DNA of 64,000 nt from Octopus vulgaris (Eukaryota). Each line of letters starts with the position of its first letter. The first letter of the stretch is position 1. Shown here in pieces: positions 11,491 through 23,959 of this stretch. The position numbers were made by a program, and so were the translations under genes. The notes under the pieces are model-generated. The model searched no databases. It was not told the DNA's origin and worked only from the letters and a program-made list of their open reading frames with translations. The stretch lies in NCBI GenBank assembly GCA_951406725.2, contig OX597817.1:5952001-6016000 (forward strand). The letters run 5' to 3'.

Positions 11491-13487
11491 TTTGAAACAG
11501 TTAAGTAGCTCAGTAATAACAACACAAGCAGCAGTACCAGTATCAACAATCCGTCTACTACAACCACAACTGCTGCCATCAGCATTGACACCACCACCAC
11601 CACCACCACCACCACTACCACCACCACCACCACCACTAAATGTACTTTATCATTCTTATTTCTTTATTGCCCACACGGGGCTAAACACAGAGAGGACAAA
11701 CAAGGACAGACAAATGATTTAAGTCGATTACATCGACCCCAGTGCGTAACTGGTACTTAATTTATCGACCCCGAAAGGATGAAAGGCAAAGTCGACCTCG
11801 GCGGAATTTGAATTCAGAACGTAGTGGCAGACGAAATACCTATTTCTTTACTACCCACAAGGGGCTAAACACAGAGAGGGACAAACAAGGACAGACAAAG
11901 GGATTAAGTCGATTATATCGACCTCAGTGCGTATCTGGTACTTATTTAATCGACCCCGAAAGGATGAAAGGCAAAGTCGACCTCGGCGGAATTTGAACTC
12001 AGAACGTAGCGACAGACGAAATACCTATTTCTTTTCTACCCACAAGGGGCTAAACACAGAGGGAACAAACAAGGACAGACATAGGTATTAAGTCGATTAT
12101 ATCGACCCAGTGCGTAACTGGTATTTAATTTATCGACTCCGAAAGGATAAAAGGCAAAGTCGACCTCGGCGGAATTTGAACTCAGAACGTAGCGACAGAC
12201 GAAATACCTATTTCTTTTCTACCCACAAGGGGCTAATCACAGAGGGAACAAACAAGGACAGACATAGGTATTAAGTCGATTATATCGACCTCAGTGCGTA
12301 ACTGGTATTTAATTTATCGACTCCGAAAGGATGAAAGGCAAAGTCGACCTCGGCGGAATTTGAACTCAGAACGTAGCGACAGACGAAATACCTATTTCTT
12401 TTCTACCCACAAGGGGCTAAACACAGAGAGGGACAAACAAGGACAGACATAGGTATTAAGTCGATTATATCGACCTCAGTGCGTAACTGGTACTTATTTA
12501 ATTTATCGACTCCGAAAGGATGAAAGGCAAAGTCGACCTCGGCGGAATTTGAACTCAGAACGTAGTGGCAGACGAAATACCTATTTCTTTACTACCCACA
12601 AGGGGCTAAACACAGAGAGGGACAAACAAGGACAGACATAGGTATTAAGTCGATTATATCGACCTCAGTGCGTAACTGGTATTTAATTTATCGACTCCGA
12701 AAGGATGAAAGGCAAAGTCGACCTCGGCGGAATTTGAACTCAGAACGTAGTGGCAGACGAAATACCTATTTCTTTACTACCCACAAGGGGCTAAACACAG
12801 AGAGGGACAAACAAGGACAGACATAGGTATTAAGTCGATTATATCGACCTCAGTGCGTAACTGGTATTTAATTTATCGACTCCGAAAGGATGAAAGGCAA
12901 AGTCGACCTCGGCGGAATTTGAACACAGAACGCAGCGGCAGACGAAATACCGCTAAGCATTTCGCCCGTCGTGCTAACGTTTCTGCCAGCTCGCCGCCTT
13001 AAATGTAATAAATCATTCTGTTTAAGACTTGCCACCTTGTTTGTGTGTAGCTTTAGTAGATTTTGCTGTGCTGCAAGCATTCGGCACAAGTCATTTCCTC
13101 ATCCCAGTCACGGAAACCCTGCTATTTTCCCTCTGACAAAGCCATGATGAATCTTCATGATGAATCGTCTGCTGTTACTTTCTGAGTTCAAATTCCGCCG
13201 AGGTCGACTTTGCCTTTCATCCTTTCGGGGTCGATAAATTAAGTACCAGTTACGCACTGGGGTCGATATAATCGACTTAAATCATTTGTCTGTCCTTGTT
13301 TGTCCTCTCTGTGTTTAGCCCCGTGTGGGCAATAAAGAAATAAGAATGATAAAGTACATTTAGTGGTGGTGGTGGTGGTGGTGGTGGTGTCAATGCTGAT
13401 GGCAGCAGTTGTGGTTGTAGTAGACGGATTGTTGATACTGGTACTGCTGCTTGTGTTGTTATTACTGAGCTACTTAACTGTTTCAAA
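11491..13487. repeat. Inverted duplication: 11491-~11835 versus 13165-13487
   Basis: Unique flank, (CCA)n and the first SINE unit with its diagnostic variants all recur reverse-complemented; gives the twin ORFs MKQLSSSV... Confidence 0.9.
11657..13000 (-). mobile_element. Seven-unit tandem array of SINE family A (one head, 183-189-bp units)
   Basis: Unit boundaries at 11657, 11841, 12026, 12209, 12393, 12582 and 12767; the head occurs only at 12952-13000. Imperfect 20-bp flanking direct repeat at 11637-11656 and 13000-13019. Confidence 0.92.
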
Positions 13488-13497
13488 ATAATGCTAA

Positions 13498-13880
13498 TCT
13501 CTCTTTATATAAAGTTGAAGTTGTCTGTGTATGGCAGGTTTGGTAGCCTTCAACTAACACTATCTCCTCCGAGACCCGGAGGCGCAAGTTGACCAAAATT
13601 GAGAGTATGATAGAAGAACGCTTGCTCTTTATTCCGTAGAAGATAAAATTAAAATCGGACCATGTTAGGACCAAAAATTATTTACACCAAAAATGTGCTT
13701 TTATTTTCTATGAAATCCCTATTTTTTGACTGCTGTGTCGCCATTTTTCGGTGTATTTCAACCAGAAAAATGTTCACTTAAAGAGAATAACAAGTTACAT
13801 AATGCAAAATTTTTACTTTGCAAAAATTCCAATTCTAAAGGGTCGAAACAAACTCGAGCAATGCCGGGCGATACTGCTAG
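13498..13880 (+). mobile_element. Non-autonomous Helitron (383 bp)
   Basis: Starts A|TCTCTCTTTATATAAAGTTGAAG; ends with a GC-rich imperfect hairpin CTCGAGCAATGCCGGG then ATACTG-CTAG|T; no TSD. Confidence 0.8.
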
Positions 13881-14455
13881 TAATAATGATAATTAGGTAA
13901 CCCCGTGCCGTCATAAATGACGGCTAATTGTAGTATTTTATATATAGATTAGGTACAAAACCAAATTTTGAGTTTAATAATTCTTTTATTACCAAATTTA
14001 TAGTATACCTTTCAACGGCAGATGTTTTATATTCTCAATACACCCAGGCGATAATTATTTACTCTAATGAGTTTGTATATGCGTATATTTGTGTAGGTGT
14101 GTGTGTGTGATTGAAATAATTATTTGTAACAAAACAGACAGAATATGGATGGTAAATCAAATTAATACACTTGTCAATGTATCTATTGGTTTCTTTTGAG
14201 ATGTGACATCGATAATCGTTTGTTACTGAAAGAATGCTAATTAACATATATTCATATACTTTCATTTAACACGATCACACATACACACATATACTCATAC
14301 AGAGTTGAAACGCTGTTTGATTTTTTCACCGTAGAATTTCCATCACCCCACTACCAGTTTGCAATCACCACTTCCGTCCTTATTCATCTATTACATCTCC
14401 CTTTCTCATTCATATGTTGTGACGGAGAAAAACACAAGAGTATTATTATAGATTG

Positions 14456-14667
14456 TTTCAAATTTTGCCACAAGGGCAGCAATTTTTGGGGAGAGGATGA
14501 ATCGATTACATCCACCCCAGTGTTCAACAGATACCTATTATATCGACAATGAAAGGATGAAAAGGCGAAATCGACCTCAGTGGAATTTGAACTCCGAATG
14601 TAGCGACGCGTGAAATACCGCTAAGCATTTCGCCCAGCGCACCAACGATTCTGCCAGCTCGCCGATT

Positions 14668-14698
<31 letters not shown>

Positions 14699-15280
14699 GA
14701 TGATGATAATGATAATGATAATGATAATGATAATGATGATGATGATGATGATAATAGTGATATGATAATGATAATAGTGATATGATAATAATGATATGAT
14801 AATAATAATAATAATTCTTTATAACATAGGCACAAGACCTGAAATTTCTCGTAAGGGCAATAGTTGATAACACCGATCCCCAATGCTCGACTGGTAAAAT
14901 TTTATGATCCCGAAAGAGTGAATGACAAAGTCAACCTCAGCGGAATTGGAAGTCTGGACGTAAAGACTGACAAAATCACGATAAGCATTTTGTACGACGC
15001 GCTAATTATTCTGTAAGCTCTTCGCCTTAAAGATAATAATAATCTTTACTAGTATAAGCACAAAGCCTGGAATTTTGGTGAGGAGGAGAGTCGATTACCT
15101 CGACCTCAGGGCATCACTGGTACTTATTTTATTGTCCCCCAAATGATGAAAGGCAAAGTCGACCTCAGCAGAATTTGAACCGGGAACGTACAGACGGACG
15201 AAGTGCCGCTATGCAATTTTACCGGCATGCTAACGATTCTGCCAGTATCTAGCGTGGTTACGATTCTGCAAGCTCACTGG
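14456..15280 (-). mobile_element. Three older SINE family A copies separated by (TAC)/(GAT/AAT) repeats
   Basis: Copies at ~14456-14664, 14815-15028 and 15042-15280, each with a GAAAGGCAAAGTCGACCTC-like core. Confidence 0.85.
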
Positions 15281-15299
15281 CTAATTACTTCCAATAATA

Positions 15300-15882
15300 A
15301 TTCTTTCTACTGAAGGTACAAAGATTGAAATTTGGGGGAGGGGGATAGTCGATTTCAACGACTCCAGGACGCAACTGGTACTTACTTTATCGACCCCGAA
15401 AGGATGAAAGGCAAAGTCGACATCGGCGGTGTTTGAACTTAAAAACGTAAAGACAGACGAAATACCTATTTCTTTACCACCCACAAGGGGCTAAACACAT
15501 AGGGGACGAACAAGGACAGAAAAACGCATTAAGTCGATTATATCGACCCCAGTGCGTAACTGGTACTTATTTAATCGACCCCGAAAGGATGAAAGGCAAA
15601 GTCGACCTCGGTGGAATTTGAACTCAGAACGTTACGGCAGACAAAATACCTATTTCTTTACTACCCACAAGGAGCTAAACGAAGAGAGGACAAACAAGGA
15701 CAGACAAACGGATTAAGTCGATTATATCGACCTCAGTGCGTAACTGGTAATTCTTTAATCGACCCCGAAAGGATGAAAGGCAAAGTCGACCTCGGCGGAA
15801 TTTGAACTCAGAACGTAGCGGCAGACGAAATACTGCTAAGCATTTCGCCCGGCGTGCTAACGATCCTGCCAGCTCGCCGGCT
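15300..15882 (-). mobile_element. Three-unit SINE family A array with mixed 3' tails (a decayed copy follows to ~16126)
   Basis: Junction GACGAAATACC|TATTTCTTT at ~15465 and a near-identical one at ~15650; the unit at 15300 has the alternative tail. Confidence 0.88.
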
Positions 15883-16724
15883 TTCTGCTACTAGTAATAA
15901 TAATGTTAGTAATATCAATGGTTTCTTTCTCCTGGTCACAACGACAGCACTTTACAGGAGAAAAGGCTTGTCGATTCCATTGGACCCGTTCTTAGATCTT
16001 TCATTATTTTATCTAATCCTGAAAGAATGAAAGGTAAAGTTGACTTCGGCAAGATTTGAAACCTGAATTTAAAGAGCCAGAGAAACTATTGCATGGTATT
16101 TCGACCGACGTGCTAACAATGCTGCCAAAACCCAGTGGAGTCTTGGTCACTCGACTGCTTGAAATAACAGCTAGTTCTTCGTATCACACACTACTGTTTT
16201 GTAACAGGTAAGGACATTAAATAACTTCGTCTCATACTTTTTGTCTGACAGTAAATAAATGAAACAAAGTTTTAATAAAATAAACGGAAATCTCGCGGCA
16301 GGAATGCCTCTCATCATAGAGTTAATCAAGCACAGATCACCTTAAGTTAAACAACAACGATGACGATGACGATGACAACGACATCAACGGTGACACTAGT
16401 AGCAGATATTATACAGTAATCATCAAATTCTTATTACAATATTCAAAATATGCCGCTGGTGCTTTCTTGGAATTCATGAATATTCTAAGCCAGCAAGCAC
16501 TTTAATAAACAGCCAACTAGCCAATGTCATTCAAGTAAGAACGTTGTCCTTTAAGCGGTTATAAACCACATCCCCACCTCATGCACCCAGGCACGTGTCC
16601 GCCAACATTTGTATGCAAATACCAGTAATCATTTGTATTATATACATTTTATGCATAACAGACACAACATAAATATATGCCAAGGGGATACAGAAACAGC
16701 TAATAAGTTTAATCTATGCAATTC

Positions 16725-17745
16725 TTTCTCGTCCGGTAGCGACCGATCTCAAAGTCTAACCAGTTCGTGCGTTTGTGAAAATATCGAGTGCCGTGTGCTG
16801 CTTTGCAGCGGTTTGGGTGTTTGCGAGTGTTTGTTTGTGATTTCTCTTCTCGTAAGAGGAAGTATAGCCTAGTAAACGATGTCTGATGGAAGTTATGACT
16901 ACTCGGACGTATCATCGTCCGCGGAGCAGTTACTAGAGGCAGTCCAGAAAATGGACACCAAACTAAAGACGGAGAACAGAAATATTTTGCTGAGGCAGCA
17001 AGGTGTAAGGAAACTGAACTAAACATGGAGGAACTAGGAATACACAGTAGCAAAATGAACTGAGATGAGTTCGAAGTAAAGCTGTCACCCCAACAAGAAG
17101 TAAAAAACGGAATTAAAGAAAAACATTTTTAGCTATCGAACATTTTCGATAAGTAAAGGAAAAATCGATGTCGTAACAACGGAACAAGTAGAAAAAGCGT
17201 TAAGGCCGATTTGGGACGACATAGTACACTTAGCAAGAAGTTCAGTGTTAGGAACAGTCAAAATGCAGCAGCAGCAAGTGGAGGCGCAATGACCCAGTGT
17301 TTAGGGCAGCGGACTCGCGGTCGGAGGATTGCGGTTTCGATTCCCAGACCGGGCGTTGTGTGTGTTTATTGAGCGAAAACACCTAAAGCTCCACGTGGCT
17401 TCGGCAGGGTGTGGTGGCGACCCCTGTTGTACTCTTTCGCTCCAACTTTCTCTCACTCTTTCTTCCTGTTTCTTGTCCCCGACTTCCTACGCAACCGCTG
17501 AGCCTGGATGCGCATTCATCCATCCGTCGATGTTCTCGGTGTCGGGGGGGTTGACCTGCTTTCTCTTCTGCGGGTCTTACTAATAGCAAAGGACCACGTT
17601 TCGGACTTCTTCCATCTTGCGAACTCTGGGACGAAGACCATTCGCTCAACAGCAAGAGCACAAGCAGGAAAAAAACGGGCAGCGGCTACAATACAGAATG
17701 AAGAAGTGGTGCTGTTGCCCACGTATAGGGGTGGGGATTTTGCAT
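16725..17745 (+). mobile_element. L1/Tx1-like 5' UTR and ORF1 relic interrupted by a SINE
   Basis: Broken frame MSDGSYDYSD...KIDVVTTEQVEKALRPIWDDIVHLARSSVLGTVKM, resuming after the SINE as ATIQNEEVVLLPTYRG. Confidence 0.45.
17278..17655 (+). mobile_element. tRNA-derived SINE family C (probably tRNA-Arg-like head), tail type 1
   Basis: GGAGGCGCAATGACCCAGTGTTTAGGGCAGCGGACTCGCGG...GGTTTCGATTCC (A and B boxes); same head at 23903 and 63240. Confidence 0.85.
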
Positions 17746-20063
17746 TAAAGGGACTTGTTGGATAAGGTCGGAATAATGAGTCTTTTTTGTAGTTTACTTT
17801 ATATCTTCTCGCACTTCCCGGGTTTATCCAACATGTATGTTTGCGTGAGTGTAGGTACGTGAAGGCGCATATTTTTCTGTGCGTATGTTTCGCATTGCTT
17901 TGATAACGACAATGCATGTGCTCATGCGTGCAAAGTGGACGTCTTTTATGATTTCGAAGGAGGCGGCAGAGAAATTTTGGAAATCATTCTTGTAGACACG
18001 GATATGTATACATACGTGCTTTTGTCTTGTTTCCCGATAGAAACACAGGAATATATTTCCAAGAGAAGTATATGGCAATAAAATTTGTACAAAGTCGAAG
18101 GAGGGGATGGGCAAGAAGGAGAATAAAGGGAATCAGATGGTCTTAGAAATAATGATTACAACAACAATGACAACATCAACAACAATTACAACAACAACAG
18201 CAATGAAGATGATGCTGATAATAACGACAATGATGATAATGATGATAATGATGATGATGATGATGATGAGGATGCTGCAGCTGCTGCTGATGATGATGAT
18301 GAAGATGATATTCTCCTTATTAGCCTCTTAGGTTTCATGAAAAGTTCGAGCATTTTACAGGACGGTGGAATGGTTGCATAAATAAATATCAACAATGTAA
18401 AAAAAAACAAAAAAAAAGCAAAGCTGGAAAGCATTCGAACAAGAAATTATTTCCTAGAAACGGGATAACTTCGAGTACTGCTTGAAGAAGCCCCACAAAA
18501 ATATGGTCACCCTGAAAACTAGGGCAAACGTATCTTTCCTATTCTCCTGTCTCAAAATGTTGTTCAAAACATTTCTGCCATTTGTTCATATCTTCCAGTT
18601 TTTGTGTTGGTGTGGCTTTGTTTCTTTTTCCTTCCTTCCACTGGCAAATGTTTGCCGTTTCGGCCCATCACCGTCTTCTTCAACACACGACATGTCTGAG
18701 TAGTTCCAAACGAGACGGAAGGGGCATGTTATGGGTTCAGTATTCTTTTGCTTTGTCTTTTTGCTTCGGGGTTTCCGTTACTGATGTTCTTGTTGATGTG
18801 GTGTCCCTTAAGGGCAGTGTTTCTTTAGGGGTACTATTTTATACACATACACACACGCGCATATATGTATATATCAAAGAAAGCAAAAACAAAAATTAAA
18901 TGCAAAAGGTTAAATGGATGTGTATGTGTAAAAGAATTCAGTACTCAGTATTTTGGCTACAATGGTTAAAGGTTAACAGTTTAATCATTTTTGATAGTGG
19001 TTTGTTTGGAGTTCTTGTATTTATGTGTATTATTGCATGTATATGTATTTTTATTTTGTGGGGAATTATATCCATACATATACGCGTGCGCATGTATAGT
19101 GGGAGAGAGAATGATGGGAGAGATGAAATAAAATTTCTTGTCTCTTGTTCAAAAGAGAAAATCTGTTTGCAATGGTAACCATTCAGGTTTTGGATTAGTA
19201 CACCCGCACACACACAGGGCTGTAGTAGCAGGCATTTAATGTCACACACTGGTGCTAAATCCTGAAACATATAGCTAAGAAGCAAAGTTCTTACCACACA
19301 GACAGGGCTGTGTCTTACAACAGAACTTATAGAGAAAAAAATAATAATCGATAAATAAATAAACAGTTTCCGAAAAATTTTAATTAATAGTTATTATTAA
19401 TTTGCATTTTATGTATACCGCTTTTAGCGTAATAACCTGCAACAAATAAAAGTTTGTTTGGGATCTTGTTAAATTTCTTTCCGTTTTTTGGCAAGCATGG
19501 TTTAGATGTAGTTTGATTTTATAGTTTAACACCCAACTCGATTTCAGTGAGAAATAGTGTTTTTTTCCTCGTTTTACCTTTATTTTTTTGTGCTATCACC
19601 TAATCTCTTCTAATATACCGCAAATGACTTATTTCCGCCAAAATCGGAGGTGGGCGGGCCCTCGGAATCCACCCTCACCACGGAGTTTTTTTCCAGGTTT
19701 TTTTTTCGTGTGCTAGCAACTAATCTCGGCTCCTAGTATACTGCCAAAGAATTTCTTCCCCTTTGCAGCGTATTAAGACATAAGAAAAGTGGCTGCTTTT
19801 TTATGCCTATTTACTGCTATTTCTAGCATATTAAACAACCACGTTGAGGACCGGTTACCTTTGAGTTTATCTAAAAGAGACAGAAAATGCTTTACACAAC
19901 AAATCCCGATATAATCGTAATCTACACCATCTGAGACGTATATGTAGAAAATTCTATTAACAAATTATCCATGTTTCAGAAAGTTACCACACACACACAC
20001 ACAGACACGGACACACACACATACACACACATATACATAATACGTGTATGTATGTATATGAAT

Positions 20064-20170
20064 GTCATCATCATCATCATTTAACGTTTTCCATGCTGGC
20101 ATAGGTTGGACGGTTTGACAGGGGCCAACAAGCCAGGGGCTAAGTTTGGCACCCGTCTGGTTCGGCATAG
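20064..20170 (-). mobile_element. RTE-type 3' tail of a SINE/LINE ending in (TGA)n
   Basis: Minus strand AAACCGTCCAACCTATGCCAGCATGGAAAACGTTAAATGATGATGATG. Confidence 0.6.
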
Positions 20171-20426
20171 TTTGGAATAGTAGATATTTTTTATCTTTAT
20201 GATCTTAAAGACATTGGTGCAAGTTGACTGGGAATCTGGGGCCCACCAAAATTATTCCCAATTGCGCTCCGCATCTCCTAAGGCCGGACCTGATCATGAA
20301 GTCCCAGATTCGATCTTTCGACTTATTTTCATTTACCATAGCCCTTCGGGTTGGACCGTATTCTGTAAGCGCAAACAAGTTAACTGAAACAGTTTGGAAA
20401 ACCGTCGGCGGTATTGTATCTGTAAG

Positions 20427-20655
20427 GCGGCGAGCTGGCAGAAACGTTAGCACGCCGGGCGAAATGCTTAGCGGTATTTCGTCTGCGTTACGTTGTGAGT
20501 TCAAATTCCGCCGAGGTCGACTTTGCCTTTCATCCTTTCGGGGTCGATAAATTAAGTACCAGCTACGAACTGGGGTTGATATAATCAACTTAATACCTAT
20601 GTCTGTCCTTGTTTGTCCCCTCTATGTTTAGCCCCTTGTGGGTAATAAAGAAATA
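20427..20655 (+). mobile_element. Full-length young SINE family A monomer with 17-bp TSD
   Basis: TSD GGTATTGTATCTGTAAG at 20410-20426 and 20656-20672; A box TGGCAGAAACGTTAG; B box GAGTTCAAATTCC. Confidence 0.95.
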
Positions 20656-21146
20656 GGTATTGTATCTGTAAGCCTCAAACGATACAACCCTATCGCACAA
20701 CGCATAACATTGACTCTACCCGAGGATTAGCTTAGGGGTGCACATGACACTAGTCAACTCAGCGACATGTATGATAATTCATTTAGCAAGTAATTCAATT
20801 GATTAAAAACTTGAGTACACATCGCCGGGAAAGGCAGAGTTTCATTTATTCATTGCCCTTATGTATTTTTATATCTCCAACAGTTACCGGTTTTTAATAG
20901 TTCATTAAGAATAAAGGAATAATGAGATGAAACTGAACTATGTCTTAAAGTTTTCATGGAAACAGTATGATTCATTTTATGATGCTTTGGTTACAGCTCG
21001 TTAGCCGACAGTTTTAATATAAATGAGGGAAAAATGGTATCGATGCCAACAGGAAAAGCATTTATGAGAAACTTTTCTATTTTCAGTTCATGACCACTAT
21101 GCTTTAGAAAGAGCGCATATACATAGAGTGTGGTTTGTTGTATACG

Positions 21147-21214
<68 letters not shown>

Positions 21215-21375
21215 AACTCACACATACACACACATACTCACACACACGCACAAACACACATATAAACACAGATACACACATATGTATAAATACATAGATA
21301 GTACTCATACTGTCATATATACAAATAAACATACGCATATATGTGTGTACGTACATGCGTGTGTGCGTGCATGCG

Positions 21376-21415
<40 letters not shown>

Positions 21416-22336
21416 TGTGTGTGTGTCTGTGTAGAGTAATGATGGCAATCAATATTTTGCAATAATTACGGAAAGATTTCTTTTGTTCAATCCGATAAGT
21501 AAAGCACTAAATAAAATCAACAAAAATTAGCAAAAAGAACTGTATGCTGTAATTACATATTCATTACAATAAATAGCCACAGATATTATTTTTATCTGTT
21601 TCGTTGCTTCTGCTCATCATTATATTTTTGCTCTAAACATGATTTTTTTGTTCCACTTACAATAAACATTATCCTAGTTGTTTTCGATAAAATTATTTTA
21701 TAATTGTAAAGTGTTTATACTTATAATTACTCATTTCTTTAAAGTGATTTTATATAGTAATCTGAACGTTAATTTCGGTGAATTGTGACATATATATATA
21801 AATTGACGAAGCAAATTAAGTGTAAGTTAGTGATGTCTCGACTGTTTTCTTATACTGTTTTCCACACTACAGTGTGTATCAACAGTAAAATCCTCATACG
21901 AATCTCTTCATCCTTTAGCACACCGTTGGTGCATCATGTCACCATATGAGTTTTCTCCCCTCTGGTAACATAGCCGGGGCAGGGGAAACAATTCTAGAGT
22001 AAATGCAGTGTGCTAAGGGTCAAAGCTCCGCTGATGGAGGCGAAACGTTTCTTTAGATTTTTACGAAAATCTGACTGCTAGAAATAGGAACGCATCCAGA
22101 CAAGATTGGGACTGTTATATATTTATTTCAGTGTGTAGCTTACTTTAAATTTCTGCAGAACTTATAACGCATACTTATATTCAAACAAAATACACAAACA
22201 TCTGTGAACATACACACGCACACACATGAGAACACACATATTTATGAGCATCCCTGTATGAGTGTCTATGTTTTCAACCATTTTATCAAGCCTTGTGTGT
22301 GTATAAAACACTCACAAACACACGTATGTGTATATA

Positions 22337-22741
22337 CTCTTTTAATCTTTTCAGTCATTTGACTGTGGCCATGTTGTAGCACCGCCTTTAGCTGAGCAAA
22401 TCGATCCCAGGACTTATTCTTTTGTAAGCCTAGTACTTATTCTATCGGTCTATTTTGCCGAACCGCTAAGTTACAGGGACGTAAACACACCAGTATCGGT
22501 TGTCAAGCGATGTTGGGGGGGGGGACACAGACACACAAACATATACACACACATACATATATATATATACATATATACGACGGGCTTCTTTCAGTTTCCG
22601 TCTACCAAATCCACTCACAAGTCTTTGGTCGGCCCGAGGCTATAGTAGAAGACACTTACCTAAGGTGCCACGCAGTGGGAATGAACCCGGAACCATGTGT
22701 TTGGTAAGCAAGCTATTTACCACACAGCCGCTCCTACGCCT
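22337..22741 (-). mobile_element. SINE family B (tRNA head, CORE-like segment, internal microsatellite, hairpin 3' tail)
   Basis: Head GGCGTAGGAGCGGCTGTGTGGTAAA...GGGTTCATTCCC, CORE-like ACCTTAGGTAAGTGTCTT, tail CATGGCCACAGTCAAATGACTGAAA. A decayed copy lies at ~44990-45370. Confidence 0.85.
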
Positions 22742-22755
22742 ATATATATGTATAT

Positions 22756-23403
22756 ATAAATTTATAATTAATTATTTATTATGATTGAGGGTACACGAAG
22801 TACCAATGTTGCTAGAAATAAGAACCGAAGAACGTTCAAATAAGCCACCATTTCACTGAAAATGCAACAGGCTGACGAAAATATGTGGCCAGTAAGCATT
22901 ATTGCCAAAAAGGTAAATTTGTAAATTTATAATTTATTATTAATGCTTGCTGGCTACTAATATTATTATTATTGTGGTTGTTATTATTCATTATGATTAT
23001 TAATAATAATAGTATCTTTATTTATTTGTTTAATTATACTCTCATACCGTTTGAAATTGGTGCTGATATTTCAACGATCTGGACAGGTATGACGAAGCGA
23101 GCGTATATTTAACCCTTGGCTATCAGCGAGACCTACTGATGAGAACTAAGGGAAATATTTCAAAGTTCGAAATCCTATATGTGTGATCCTCATTTGCAAC
23201 TTTCAGCAGCAATGGTAAATTCAATTTCGGTCGTCCCTCGTTTTTCGTCAGCCTGTTGTATTATCAATGAAATGGTGGCTTATTTGAGTATCTTTTGACT
23301 GTTATCTCTAGCAACGCTGATACTTCGTGTACCCTCAATTATAATTAATAATTAATTATAAATTTATAAATTTGCCTTTTTAGTTTTAATGCTTGTTGGC
23401 CAC
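22756..23403 (+). mobile_element. Penelope-like fold-back relic with decayed hammerhead
   Basis: Inverted arms 22756-22881/23241-23368 and 22885-22935/23355-23403; CTGATGA-GAACT...AGTTC-GAAA at 23136-23172. Confidence 0.65.
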
Positions 23404-23445
23404 TTATATTATTATTGTTGTTATTATTTATTATTAATAATATCT

Positions 23446-23520
<75 letters not shown>

Positions 23521-23521
<1 letters not shown>

Positions 23522-23903
23522 TGGCACTCCTTCGTTCACGACGACGAGAGTTCTAGTTGATTCCGATCAACAGAACAGCTTGCTCATGAAATTAACGTGC
23601 AAGTGGCTGAGCACTCCACAGACACATGCACCCTTAACGTAGTTCTCGGGGAGATTCAGAGTGATACAGAGTGTGACAAGGCTGGCCCCTTTGAAATACA
23701 GGTACAACAGAAACAGGAAAAAAGTGTGAGAGAAAGATGTGGTGAAAGTGTACAGCAGGGTTCACCGCCACCTCCTGCCGGAGCCTCGTGGAGCATTAGA
23801 TGTTTTCGTTCAATAAACACTCACAACGCCCGGTCTGGGAATCGAAACCATGATCCTACCATCGCGAGTCCGCTGCCCTAATCACTGGGTCATTGCGCTT
23901 CCA
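23521..23903 (-). mobile_element. SINE family C, tail type 2
   Basis: Same ~190-bp head as 17278, different 3' half ending GTCGTCGTGAACGAAGGAGTGCCAC, next to (TA)n. Confidence 0.85.
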
Positions 23904-23905
23904 TC

Positions 23906-23959
<54 letters not shown>

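Noticed and set aside
11492-11722. Duplicated proline-rich small ORF (also 13277-13486)
   Set aside because: Arises from (CCA)n plus SINE sequence in an inverted duplication and begins at TTG
11657-13000. CRISPR-like or satellite interpretation of the regular array
   Set aside because: No unique spacers; the units are SINE bodies also found dispersed with TSDs; eukaryotic context
17278-17355. tRNA gene
   Set aside because: The tRNA-like head continues into a SINE body shared by three copies, and the cloverleaf is incomplete
22010-22055. Possible decayed hammerhead (CTCC/GGAG stem, GAAACGTT)
   Set aside because: The core cannot be placed consistently with the stems; too degenerate
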